Below, piece by piece: positions 51,711 through 60,710 of a stretch of 64,000 bases of DNA. Position 1 is the first letter of the stretch; each line of letters begins with the position of its first letter. The notes under the pieces were generated by a model. It saw only the letters and a list, made by a program, of their open reading frames with translations, made no database searches and was not told where the DNA came from. The position numbers were made by a program, and so were the translations under genes. The stretch lies in NCBI GenBank assembly GCA_040377305.1, contig JBEIPA010000003.1, positions 188,978 through 252,977 of the forward strand. Direction: 5' to 3'. The stretch comes from Flavobacteriales bacterium (lineage in GTDB: Bacteria; Bacteroidota; Bacteroidia; Palsa-965).

Positions 51711-52406
51711 ATGTACGCAGAACAACGACTATCTATCAAGGAGTGGGCGGAAGACGATCGCCCGCGCGAAAAATTAATGCTCAAAGGGCGACACACGCTC
51801 TCGGATGCTGAGCTGCTTGCCATTCTCATTGGAACCGGAACACGAAATGAATCGGCTGTAGATCTCTGCAAACGGATTCTCTCCGATTACAATTACAGTC
51901 TCGATGAACTTGCCCGATGTTCGGTGAGCGAGCTGCAGAAATACAATGGAATAGGAGAGGCGAAAGCAATAACTATTGTTGCTGCAATGGAACTCGGGCG
52001 ACGACGCGCGACCGCTCCTGCTGTGGAATTTCCAATGATGCGCGCAAGTAGTGATGCTTATCGCGCGATCTCATCGACGCTGAGCGATTTGCAGCACGAA
52101 GAGTTCTGGGTGCTGCTTGTAAATCGTGCGAATCAGATTGTGAAGAAGTGCTTCATCAGCAAAGGCGGCATGAATTCGACGACGGTTGATCCGAAAATGA
52201 TTTTCAAAGCGGCTCTGGATCACGGAATGGGCGGACTCGTGCTGTGTCATAATCACCCTTCCGGTACAGTGAAAGCCAGTCAGCAGGACATTGCTTTGAC
52301 GCGTAGACTCGCTGACGGAGCACGGATTCTTGACATTTCTTTGCTCGATCATATTATCGTAGGAGCGAAAACATACTTTAGCTTTGCAGACGACGGGCTT
52401 TTGTAG
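51711..52406 (+). CDS. radC: RadC (JAB domain) family protein
   Basis: DRPREKL...LSDAELLAIL...GIGEAKA...HNHPSG...S..D...LLDHIIV. Confidence 0.95.
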   Translation: MYAEQRLSIKEWAEDDRPREKLMLKGRHTLSDAELLAILIGTGTRNESAVDLCKRILSDYNYSLDELARCSVSELQKYNGIGEAKAITIVAAMELGRRRATAPAVEFPMMRASSDAYRAISSTLSDLQHEEFWVLLVNRANQIVKKCFISKGGMNSTTVDPKMIFKAALDHGMGGLVLCHNHPSGTVKASQQDIALTRRLADGARILDISLLDHIIVGAKTYFSFADDGLL

Positions 52407-52408
52407 TT

Positions 52409-52493
52409 CGGAGTTGGGAGATGGGAGACGGGAGTGTAGAGCATTCTTACACTACGGATTTCACTCCAGTCTCCAATCTCCGATCTCCCAACT
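52409..52493. repeat. Heptamer (GGGAGAN) inverted tandem element, copy 2
   Basis: GGGAGATGGGAGACGGGAGTGTAGA (52416-52440) is the exact reverse complement of 22660-22684. Confidence 0.8.
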
Positions 52494-52498
52494 AACCT

Positions 52499-53641
52499 AT
52501 GATGAAGATTGTAACCGTAATTGGAGCCCGACCACAGATAATAAAAGCTGCTGCGTTAAGTCGTGCGATAAAGAATCATTTCGCGGATAAGATCGAGGAG
52601 AAGATCGTTCATACCGGTCAGCACTACGATGAAAATATGTCGCAGGTGTTCTTCAACGAAATGGGAATTCCTGCTCCGCATTACAATCTGAATGTAGGAT
52701 CGGGTAGTCATGGTGCGCAAACGGCGGCAATGATTACAGGCATCGAGAAAATTCTGCTGGAAGAAAAACCAAATGCACTCGTGTTGTTTGGTGATACGAA
52801 TTCAACACTCGCCGGAGCTGTTGCCGCATCGAAGATTCATGTTCCTATAGTGCATATTGAAGCAGGATTACGTTCCTTCAATAAAAGCATGCCGGAAGAG
52901 GTGAACCGCATACTATGCGACCACGTTTCCACGTTGTTGTTTTCGCCCACCAAAGCCGGATTCGATCATCTCGTGAAAGAAGGAATTGCCAAGGAAAAAA
53001 ATCCTGCGAAAGCCAGTGCCGATCATCCTGCAGTTTTCCATTGCGGCGATATCATGTACGACAACAGTTTATACTTCGCGTCGATAGCGGAAGATAAAAC
53101 CGATATCATGAAACGTGAAAAGCTGGAGAATGGAAATTTCTTCCTGGCAACAGTTCACCGCGATAATAATACCGATGAGCCTTCACGACTGCACGCTATC
53201 TTCAAGGCATTCGATACACTTACGAAGAATACCAATCAGGCGTTGATTTTGCCTTTGCATCCGCGCACGAAGAAAAATATTGCATCGCACCAGGAAGTGC
53301 AGCAACTTATTGACAGAAATCCATTGATTCGCATTATTCCTCCTGCATCTTTCTTTGAGATGGTAATGCTGGAGAAAAATTCACGCATGGTGATCACCGA
53401 TTCGGGTGGTGTACAGAAAGAAGCGTTTTTCTTCAACAAGCCCTGTGTTATTCTTCGTCCGGAAACAGAATGGGTTGAACTCGTTCAGTGCGGTTCTGCG
53501 ATTCTTGCTGATGCCGATGAAAAGCGAATCACAAATGCTGCCGGGAATCTGCTCACGGCGAACCTGAAGTTTCCTTCTCTGTTCGGCGATGGTCATGCAG
53601 CTGAATTTATGTGCAACAAAATGCTCGAACATCTTTCCTGA
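52499..53641 (+). CDS. wecB: UDP-N-acetylglucosamine 2-epimerase (non-hydrolysing)
   Basis: GARPQIIK, HTGQHYD, GDTNST, HIEAGLRS, MPEEVNR, TDSGGVQKEA. Confidence 0.95.
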   Translation: MMKIVTVIGARPQIIKAAALSRAIKNHFADKIEEKIVHTGQHYDENMSQVFFNEMGIPAPHYNLNVGSGSHGAQTAAMITGIEKILLEEKPNALVLFGDTNSTLAGAVAASKIHVPIVHIEAGLRSFNKSMPEEVNRILCDHVSTLLFSPTKAGFDHLVKEGIAKEKNPAKASADHPAVFHCGDIMYDNSLYFASIAEDKTDIMKREKLENGNFFLATVHRDNNTDEPSRLHAIFKAFDTLTKNTNQALILPLHPRTKKNIASHQEVQQLIDRNPLIRIIPPASFFEMVMLEKNSRMVITDSGGVQKEAFFFNKPCVILRPETEWVELVQCGSAILADADEKRITNAAGNLLTANLKFPSLFGDGHAAEFMCNKMLEHLS

Positions 53642-54981
53642 TGCAGAGGCTTTTAGTCTACACGCATAAAATCACCAACCGCAACCGGTACATTTTCCGT
53701 TTGTTCCTGAAAGAGCATCTCGGACTGGATTTCGATCTCACCGATAACGTAGAAAAATTCAAGGCGCACATCGGACCGAAAATTTCTTACGCACAAGCAC
53801 CAATTGCCGACGAGTTATTTTTCTTTAACCGCAATCTGCTTTTCGAAACAGGAATTAAGGAACAGAACATTTCCGTTTTCAATTGGGAACATCACAAAGT
53901 ATTCTTTGCAACCGGAAAATCTTCTGCATTGCCTTTTGATCCGTTTGCGTGTGCATTTTACCTCGTGAGCCGCTACGAAGAATATCTTCCGCACATCCGC
54001 GATCGACTGGATCGTTTTGATGCGCACAGCAGTCTTGCGTGGGAACATGGATTTCTCGAAGTTCCCGTTGTGAATCATTGGATTCTGCTCGTCGGAAATT
54101 CATTGCAGAATAAATATCCGGAGTTAAAGATTAAATCGCGCAAGTATACGTTCACGCCAACCATCGACATTGATAATGCTTATGCATATCGCCTGAAAGG
54201 AATGATGCGTTCGATTGGTGGTTACGCACGCGCATTGCTGAATCTCGATTTTGCAGATTTCAATCGTCGCACACGCGTATTACTGAAATGGGAGAAAGAT
54301 CCCTATGATACTTACGCATATCAGCTCGAAGTGCAGAAGAAATACGATTGCAAACCAATCTATTTTTTCCTGCTCGGCGATTACGGTGTGAATGACAAGA
54401 ACATTTCTCCGCAGAACAGAAAGTTTCAGGAGCTCATTCGTTCACTGGCGGATTATTCTCACGTTGGTATTCATCCTTCTTTCGGGTCCAATACCGACAA
54501 CACGAAATTGCCGTTAGAAATTTCACGATTGAAAAATATCATTCACGGCGATATCACAAAAAGCCGACAGCATTTTCTCATGATGAAATTTCCGGAAACG
54601 TACCGCAATCTTGCCGAGCGCGATATCACCGACGATTACTCCATGGGATTTGCCAATGAAATCGGGTTCCGTGCCAGCATTTGTACGCCATTCAATTTTT
54701 ACGATCTCGATAACGAGTCAGAATCCAATCTGAAGATTCATCCGTTTGCTGTAATGGATGCAACGTTGAATCTTTATATGAAACTCAATCCGGAAGACGC
54801 GATCGCACGCACGAAGAAAATTACGGATACGGTTCGCGAAGTCAACGGCGACATGATGATTCTCTGGCACAACGAAACGTTGAGTGAAGACAAGCAGTGG
54901 CAGGGGTGGAGAAAAGTGTACGAATCAATCGTTGCCGACGCCCGTGCGGATGATGCGTCAGATCGGAGGATGAACGCATGA
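53641..54981 (+). CDS. Polysaccharide deacetylase-like protein
   Basis: FYLVSRYEEY, PTIDID, VGIHPS, SRQHFL, GFRASICTPF, MDATL, LWHN. Confidence 0.8.
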   Translation: MQRLLVYTHKITNRNRYIFRLFLKEHLGLDFDLTDNVEKFKAHIGPKISYAQAPIADELFFFNRNLLFETGIKEQNISVFNWEHHKVFFATGKSSALPFDPFACAFYLVSRYEEYLPHIRDRLDRFDAHSSLAWEHGFLEVPVVNHWILLVGNSLQNKYPELKIKSRKYTFTPTIDIDNAYAYRLKGMMRSIGGYARALLNLDFADFNRRTRVLLKWEKDPYDTYAYQLEVQKKYDCKPIYFFLLGDYGVNDKNISPQNRKFQELIRSLADYSHVGIHPSFGSNTDNTKLPLEISRLKNIIHGDITKSRQHFLMMKFPETYRNLAERDITDDYSMGFANEIGFRASICTPFNFYDLDNESESNLKIHPFAVMDATLNLYMKLNPEDAIARTKKITDTVREVNGDMMILWHNETLSEDKQWQGWRKVYESIVADARADDASDRRMNA

Positions 54982-55892
54982 TCAAGCACGTCCGTCATCA
55001 TGAAATTGATAAAGAACGCTGGGATGAATCCATCCGTAAATCGTTCAACGGAATTCTGTACGCCTATTCCTGGTACCTCGACATTGTAAATCCGGGCTGG
55101 GAAGCGTTGATGACGGAGGATTACAAAACCGTAATGCCATTGACAGGCGGGAAGAAGATGGGATTCAAATATCTTTTCACGCCATTCTTCGTGCAACAGC
55201 TTGGCGTGTTTTCTTCATCGAAACTCACCGCAGACGAAGTGTTGAAATTCCTGAATGCTGTTCCGAAAGAATATCAATACCGCGAGATCAATCTCAACAC
55301 ATTCAATAATGTTGCCGGCGGAGATTATACATTCAAATCAAATCTCACGCACGAACTCGATCTGATTCTCGATCTGGATTCCATTCGAAGGAACTACGCC
55401 GACAATACCAAGCGCAATGTGAAGAAAGCGCAACTTCAGGAACTGAGTGTAGTGGTGACACCGAAGCGTGAAGAAATCATTGCGTTGTTTCGTGAAAATC
55501 GCGGAAAGGATATTGAAGTCTTGCAGGAACAGCATTACGACATATTACGTCGGTTGTTGCAGGCGCTCGATGCGCGTGGTCGTTTGCATACACGCGGTGT
55601 GGTGAATGAAAACAACGAACTCGTGGCGGGAGCATTTTTCTGCGATTCCAACGGGAAAGTGATCTTCCTTTTCTCCGGGAATTCGCCCGAAGGCAAAGAG
55701 AAAGGCGCCATGTTCATGCTCATCGACAATTTCATTTCGGAGAATACCCAGAAGAATTTAGTCCTTGATTTCGAGGGCAGTAATGATCCGCAACTGGCCC
55801 GATTTTACAGAGGATTCGGCGCTAAAGAATGCGTATATTTGCAGGCCAGAATGAACAACCTTCCGTGGTATATCCGCTGGTACAAAGGTTGA
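54978..55892 (+). CDS. GNAT/FemAB-like acyltransferase
   Basis: YAYSWYLD, PFFVQQLG, LDFEGS...ARFYRGFGA. Confidence 0.8.
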   Translation: MIKHVRHHEIDKERWDESIRKSFNGILYAYSWYLDIVNPGWEALMTEDYKTVMPLTGGKKMGFKYLFTPFFVQQLGVFSSSKLTADEVLKFLNAVPKEYQYREINLNTFNNVAGGDYTFKSNLTHELDLILDLDSIRRNYADNTKRNVKKAQLQELSVVVTPKREEIIALFRENRGKDIEVLQEQHYDILRRLLQALDARGRLHTRGVVNENNELVAGAFFCDSNGKVIFLFSGNSPEGKEKGAMFMLIDNFISENTQKNLVLDFEGSNDPQLARFYRGFGAKECVYLQARMNNLPWYIRWYKG

Positions 55893-55910
55893 TTACAACA
55901 AAACAGTTTT

Positions 55911-56558
55911 ATGGTTATTGATCTCAGTAAAGACAATTCTGTATTAAGTCAGTACATGGCTGACATGCGGAATGTAGATGTACAAACAGACAGCCTTCGT
56001 TTCCGCGCTAATCTAGAACGCGTAGGGAAGATCATTGGCTATGAGATCAGTAAAAAGCTGGAGTATAGAACCAGTGAAGTAACTACTCCGCTTGGTACTT
56101 CCCCTGCGCAAACAATTGCATCTCAACCCGTGGTGGCTACGATTCTGCGCGCCGGACTTCCATTGCACAATGGAATTCTGGAGATGCTTGATAAATCGGA
56201 GAATGCGTTTATTTCAGCGTATCGTCAGCATCACAAAGACGGAACATTCGAAGTACACGTCGATTACCTGGCATCGCCGAGCATAGAAGGAAAAGATTTG
56301 ATTCTCTGCGATCCGATGCTTGCAACCGGAACTTCAATGGTTCTCGCATACAAGGCTATGCTTCTGAAAGGGAAGCCACGCCATGTTCACATCGTAGCTG
56401 TTATCGCAAGTACATTGGGTGTAGAATACGTACGTAAAAACATGCCCGATAATACAACTATCTGGTGTTGCGGAATTGACGAAGAGTTGACTGCACAGTC
56501 GTACATCGTACCCGGATTGGGTGATGCAGGAGATCTTGCATTCGGAGAAAAACTTTAA
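55911..56558 (+). CDS. upp: Uracil phosphoribosyltransferase
   Basis: ILRAGL, DPMLATG, YIVPGLGDAGDLAFG. Confidence 0.96.
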   Translation: MVIDLSKDNSVLSQYMADMRNVDVQTDSLRFRANLERVGKIIGYEISKKLEYRTSEVTTPLGTSPAQTIASQPVVATILRAGLPLHNGILEMLDKSENAFISAYRQHHKDGTFEVHVDYLASPSIEGKDLILCDPMLATGTSMVLAYKAMLLKGKPRHVHIVAVIASTLGVEYVRKNMPDNTTIWCCGIDEELTAQSYIVPGLGDAGDLAFGEKL

Positions 56559-56564
56559 ATCATA

Positions 56565-57098
56565 ATGGAGCCGCCTGTTGAAGAAATTACGCATTGGCTT
56601 AAGATTTTAGAGGTGACTCTGATCGCCAGCGTGAAATTTCTTTTAGCACCTTTCGAAGCAGAACGATATAACATGTCGTACTGGCAATCTTTTATGTACA
56701 CGACTGGTGGAGGAACACTCGGCATTTTTGTTTTTTACTATGCCGGACATTTTATCTCGCAGTGGTGGATCAAGAACGTTGCGAAGATTAAATCCTTCCT
56801 GACACGTCGTCCGATCACAGATTTCACCGGCGAGAATAAAAGAGTGATGACGCGCAAGAATAAACTCATTGTGCGTGTGAAGAATAAATTCGGGCTGGCA
56901 GGAATCGCGTTTGTAACTCCGTGTTTGATTTCCATTCCGATTGGAACACTGGTAGCTGTTGCCATTTACCGCAAGCGCAAACCTGTAATTCTGTACCTGA
57001 TGATTTCACTGGTGTTGTGGTCGTTCTTTCTGAACTGGCTCGCTCAATATCTCGCACTGTCGAAACGTTTATTGGAGGTTATCGAATCCAATGGCTAA
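56565..57098 (+). CDS. Hypothetical membrane protein
   Basis: About 4 TM segments; KFGLAGIAFVTPCLISIPIG. Confidence 0.75.
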   Translation: MEPPVEEITHWLKILEVTLIASVKFLLAPFEAERYNMSYWQSFMYTTGGGTLGIFVFYYAGHFISQWWIKNVAKIKSFLTRRPITDFTGENKRVMTRKNKLIVRVKNKFGLAGIAFVTPCLISIPIGTLVAVAIYRKRKPVILYLMISLVLWSFFLNWLAQYLALSKRLLEVIESNG

Positions 57099-57786
57099 GT
57101 ACAAGCATATTTTTTTCGATCTCGATCGAACACTGTGGGATCTTGATCGCAATGCAACAGAAGCGTTAGCCGACATTTATGTGAAGTACGATCTGCAAGG
57201 CCGCGGAATTCCGGATGTCAACGGATTTGTTCAGCATTACAACCAGTACAATGAATTGCTGTGGGATCGTTATCGTCGCAGGCTCATCGATAAAGCCACA
57301 CTTCGTGCATTGCGTTTCAAACAAGTGTTGGCGCATTACGGAGTGAAGGATCAAAAGTTATCCGACAACGTTGAGCAGGATTTCATTCACGAAGCACCAC
57401 GTCGCAAACATTTAGTTCCCGGTGCAATGGAGTTGCTTGATCTCATCAAACACGATTACAAGCTGCACATCATCACCAACGGTTTCCCCGAAACACAAGC
57501 TTACAAAATGGAGCACAGCGGACTCACTCCGTACTTTGATGTCATTGTGACTTCAGAAGGTAGTGGTCACGCAAAACCAGATCGTCAGATTTTTGAGCAC
57601 GCACTCAAACTCGCGAAAGCAACCAAGCAAGAATCAATCATGGTTGGCGATGATCTGGCTGTAGATATTGTTGGTGCGAGAGAAGTTGGTATGGCGCAGA
57701 TATTTTATAATCCGGTAGGAGGAGCGCATAACGAGAAAGTGCAACACGAGGTTAAGCACCTTGGTGAGATCCCGGTGTTGCTTTAG
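57091..57786 (+). CDS. yjjG: YjjG-family HAD pyrimidine nucleotidase
   Basis: FFDLDRTLWD, IITNGF, KPD..IF, MVGDDL..DI.GA. Confidence 0.9.
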   Translation: MAKYKHIFFDLDRTLWDLDRNATEALADIYVKYDLQGRGIPDVNGFVQHYNQYNELLWDRYRRRLIDKATLRALRFKQVLAHYGVKDQKLSDNVEQDFIHEAPRRKHLVPGAMELLDLIKHDYKLHIITNGFPETQAYKMEHSGLTPYFDVIVTSEGSGHAKPDRQIFEHALKLAKATKQESIMVGDDLAVDIVGAREVGMAQIFYNPVGGAHNEKVQHEVKHLGEIPVLL

Positions 57787-57871
57787 CCTTTAGTGATCAA
57801 AGCAATTCCTTGGTAATATTGCCACTGTAGGTGTATACGGATTGGAGATCGCGCCGATTTGAAACCTCACT

Positions 57872-57915
57872 CTAATCCAATCATTTCATCATCTGATCAT
57901 CCTATCATCACTTCA
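57872..57915 (-). repeat. Degenerate GATGATNN octamer tract on the minus strand
   Basis: Reverse complement reads gatgatag gatgatca gatgatga aatgattg. Confidence 0.65.
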
Positions 57916-57935
57916 CCCAGATTCTATCGGGTACG

Positions 57936-58220
57936 TTAAAACATCACATCCTTATACTCTTCCGGTGTCTTCTCCATTGCTCGCTTCGCATACGTACACA
58001 ACGGAAGTATTTTCAGATTATTCGTGCGTGCGAACTCAACGGTAGCTGTCAATAGCTTTTTGCCGATTCCTTTTCCTTCGTGTGAGGAATGCACTTCGGT
58101 ATGATCAATTATGATTTTGCCGGGCCCGGCATGTACATACGTCATTTCTCCGATGCGCAATCCATTGTCAACTATGAAAAATGATCCTTTGGTTTCAGAC
58201 CCTGTGTTTTGTATCAGCAT
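57936..58220 (-). CDS. YjdJ-like small GNAT acetyltransferase
   Basis: GEMTY...IIIDHTEV...GKGIGKKL...KILPLCTYA. Confidence 0.9.
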   Translation of the reverse strand: MLIQNTGSETKGSFFIVDNGLRIGEMTYVHAGPGKIIIDHTEVHSSHEGKGIGKKLLTATVEFARTNNLKILPLCTYAKRAMEKTPEEYKDVMF

Positions 58221-58238
58221 ATAGAGACAAGATACACC

Positions 58239-58622
58239 TTAAACGATTGCCGTAGCGCGTACTTTCTGTAAACGTGTGTACATCACATAAGAAGTTGCCA
58301 CGATGAGTAATTGCACGATAGGCGTAATTACAGCGCTTGCAGGATCGCCGGAAGATGCATGAGCAATGGACGCCGAAAGAAACGTAATTCCGATTCCGGC
58401 ATAGGTCCATTCCTTGACATTTCGTGGAATCATGGGCAGAATGAGGGTGAATGCCCCTATGATTTTAAAGATTCCGAGCTCCTTGCGGAAGTAGTCGGGA
58501 AACCCGAGATGGGCAAATCCTGCAGCTATTTCGGGATTCGTGAAATACATGATGCCGGCCATTGCCAGGGAAAGTGTGATCAGAGAAGTAGTGATCCAAT
58601 ACGTGATTTTTGTCGCTTTCAT
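58239..58622 (-). CDS. DoxX-like family membrane protein
   Basis: KITYWITT...HLGFPDYFR..LG..K..G...KEWTYAG. Confidence 0.9.
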   Translation of the reverse strand: MKATKITYWITTSLITLSLAMAGIMYFTNPEIAAGFAHLGFPDYFRKELGIFKIIGAFTLILPMIPRNVKEWTYAGIGITFLSASIAHASSGDPASAVITPIVQLLIVATSYVMYTRLQKVRATAIV

Positions 58623-58661
58623 TTTCGTTTTTGTTTTGAGACCACAAACGTAGAGCGATTA

Positions 58662-58744
58662 ACTTTCCAGAAGTTAGTACTATACTCACGGATAGGACTA
58701 TACTCCGGGATAGTACTTTCCTTGGGGATAGTGCATTACCTTTG
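58662..58744. promoter_or_regulatory. Four abutting palindromic operator boxes plus a -7 promoter box
   Basis: ACTTTCCAGAAGTTAGT, ACTATACTCACGGATAGG, ACTATACTCCGGGATAGT, ACTTTCCTTGGGGATAGT, then TACCTTTG at 58737-58744. Confidence 0.7.
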
Positions 58745-58748
58745 TTTC

Positions 58749-59108
58749 ATGGTAAAAACGAAGGAAGGTCTCACAAAATCGGAATGCAAGAAGGCAATGC
58801 TCCCTGTTCGCGACGTGCTGGAGTTGCTCAGCGGCAAATGGAAACTGCCGATTATCATCTCACTCATGGAAGGCAACAAGCGTTTCAGCGAGATGGCACG
58901 CGAAATTGAAGGCATCACCGATAAAATGCTATCGAAAGAATTACGTGATCTCGAAGCCAACGAACTCGTGAAGCGAACAGTGTACGACGATGTTCCCGTT
59001 GTGGTCGAGTATTCCATCACCGTCTACGGAATGTCGCTGAAGAGCGTGATCTCCGAAATGTGGAGATGGGGGAGTCAGCATAGGAAGAGAATTACGGGAA
59101 GGAATTGA
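58749..59108 (+). CDS. HxlR family winged-helix transcriptional regulator
   Basis: C-x6-RDVLELLSGKWKLPII...RFSE...ITDKMLSKELRDLE...VEYSIT; start set to ATG 58749. Confidence 0.93.
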   Translation: MVKTKEGLTKSECKKAMLPVRDVLELLSGKWKLPIIISLMEGNKRFSEMAREIEGITDKMLSKELRDLEANELVKRTVYDDVPVVVEYSITVYGMSLKSVISEMWRWGSQHRKRITGRN

Positions 59109-59109
59109 T

Positions 59110-59249
59110 GATGATGGGATGATTGGATGAATGGATGAGGGGATGATAGGATGATAGGATGATAGGATGATGAGATGATGAGATGATGTGATGATGTGAT
59201 GATGTGATGATGTGATGATGTGATGATGTGATGATGTGATGATGTGATG
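59110..59249 (+). repeat. Octamer microsatellite, 17 units
   Basis: Nine variant GATGANNN units followed by eight perfect GATGATGT units. Confidence 0.95.
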
Positions 59250-59454
59250 GGAGCAGGGAAAGATATGTGTTTTCTTTGGTCTCATGGGTTTGATATTTTA
59301 GGTTTTACATAGGCAGCAGTGTTAATAGGTCGTGTTCGATTTCTTATTGAAAAGTTACGGCGGTTTTTCTTTTCAGAAGTCATACCCTTCGAATATTCGA
59401 AGTTTAACTTTCAGAAAAACCGGAGATTTTGCGATACCTTAGCAATATGGGATG

Positions 59455-59517
59455 CACGAGAGACTTAAAATCCTTTGGCGGTAACGCTGTACGGGTTCAA
59501 GTCCCGTCCCGGGTACA
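59455..59517 (+). pseudogene. tRNA-Leu(TAA) 3' portion / pseudo-tRNA
   Basis: Anticodon loop CTTAAAA, variable arm GGCG-GTAA-CGCT, T arm ACGGG-TTCAAGT-CCCGT, acceptor 3' strand CCCGGGT-A-CA. No matching 5' acceptor strand upstream, and one mismatch in the anticodon stem. Confidence 0.8.
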
Positions 59518-59536
59518 ATGGCAAACTTTAATCCGA

Positions 59537-59935
59537 ATGGTTTTGGTTATATTACTAGGATCATGTACTCCTCCTTTTGTTTCTGAGAATAAGGATTGCG
59601 ATAGTTCAGCATACACTTTTTCACATCGAGAAGTCAGAGACGATAGTACGCTTCGTGACTCTGTCTTTTATTGTAGTAATAATTTGGCGTGGAAGAAAAT
59701 TGTAAGTTACTATTCGAATGGCGCGAGAAGTGTTGAAGCATATTTTTTTATGACAAAAAAGGCTGGCACATGGACTACATTTCAGAAGAACGGGTTGAAA
59801 ATGAGTACATGTAATTATTGCGACGATCACTTATGTGGAGAATCACTTTATTATAGTCCAGATGATGAATCCAAGGTTATTAGACGAGAGGTCTATGGTA
59901 ATGAAGGGGATTTAGTCAGTTCCCAGGAATACTGA
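59537..59935 (+). CDS. MORN-variant/YwqK-like lipoprotein (candidate immunity protein), possibly 5'-truncated
   Basis: Lipobox LGSC; SYYSNG...GTWTTFQKNG...GESLYY repeats. Confidence 0.65.
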   Translation: MVLVILLGSCTPPFVSENKDCDSSAYTFSHREVRDDSTLRDSVFYCSNNLAWKKIVSYYSNGARSVEAYFFMTKKAGTWTTFQKNGLKMSTCNYCDDHLCGESLYYSPDDESKVIRREVYGNEGDLVSSQEY

Positions 59936-59958
59936 AAAAAGCGTGTGAGGTACAGCGT

Positions 59959-60005
59959 AAGCGCGAGAGGAACAACGCAACGTGTTGGTGAGAAGGCAAA
60001 GGTTG
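59959..60005 (+). repeat. 47-bp direct repeat, copy 1
   Basis: AAGCGCGAGAGGAACAACGCAACGTGTTGGTGAGAAGGCAAAGGTTG; 42/47 identical to 61512-61558. Confidence 0.85.
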
Positions 60006-60710
60006 CTATTGTTTGCAGCGAGGAACGGCGGGAAGGTAACAGTAGCAACTACCATGGTTGCAAGTCAGGATGCTCCGGCGGGATTTGTTTTTAATGATGC
60101 CCAAAGTGGATTTAAATCTCAATTGTATCGAAGAGAACAAGCAGATGGAACTTTTGAATATTGTTATGCGTTTGCGGGAACAGAAGGGTTTGACGCAGAT
60201 GCTGGAGCAGATGTAAAGCAAACGGCAGGTATGTCCGATCAATATGATTTGGCGATAAAGAATGCAGGCAAGTTGAGTGCTTATTTAGGAAATCAAGTAT
60301 TAACCTTCACTGGGCACTCTTTAGGCGGAGGTTTAGCTACAGCTGCTGCGTTGGCGACACATAAATCAGCAGTAACCTTTAATCCAGCCTGGCTTTCACA
60401 AGCAACTATACTTAAATACAATTTAAATCCGGGGAATGATGGTTTTAGAGTTAATAATTACATTGTTGCTGGAGAAATCTTGAATAGTTCACAAACAATG
60501 CTTGGACCTCCAATGTGTTCTCACGTGGGCAAAGATCACTTTATGCTCGATCCGGAAATTTTTATGACAGGTAATATTGTTATTGGCGCAGGAGTGGGAC
60601 ACACAATGACTTCAGTGTTTAGGGCGCTTAATATGAATCCTCCGGTCAGCAATGTTTCTGGTTCTCTTAAACAACGAGCTCCGGCAGGGGCGTTAAGCAA
60701 GAAACCATGA
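59982..60710 (+). CDS. Lipase (alpha/beta hydrolase) toxin-like C-terminal domain lacking a delivery domain
   Basis: YAFAGTE, FTGHSLGGGLA (GxSxG), AVTFNPA, VAGEIL, GH near the end; first ATG at 60054; no signal peptide. Confidence 0.78.
   Translation: MLVRRQRLLLFAARNGGKVTVATTMVASQDAPAGFVFNDAQSGFKSQLYRREQADGTFEYCYAFAGTEGFDADAGADVKQTAGMSDQYDLAIKNAGKLSAYLGNQVLTFTGHSLGGGLATAAALATHKSAVTFNPAWLSQATILKYNLNPGNDGFRVNNYIVAGEILNSSQTMLGPPMCSHVGKDHFMLDPEIFMTGNIVIGAGVGHTMTSVFRALNMNPPVSNVSGSLKQRAPAGALSKKP

Noticed and set aside
51711-52406. radC as a marker of a mobile element
   Set aside because: It is the full-length chromosomal type next to rpsT and wecB with no mobility genes nearby.
58311-58748. Long N-terminal extension of HxlR
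   Set aside because: It is antisense to doxX and crosses the operator array; ATG 58749 gives a typical HxlR length.
58941-59285. His-rich ORF (HHHIITSS repeats) as a metal-binding protein
   Set aside because: It is the minus-strand translation of the octamer microsatellite and overlaps hxlR antisense.
59429-59536. Track start for the YwqK-like ORF at 59429
   Set aside because: This segment is the tRNA-Leu remnant; the lipoprotein signal only begins near 59530.
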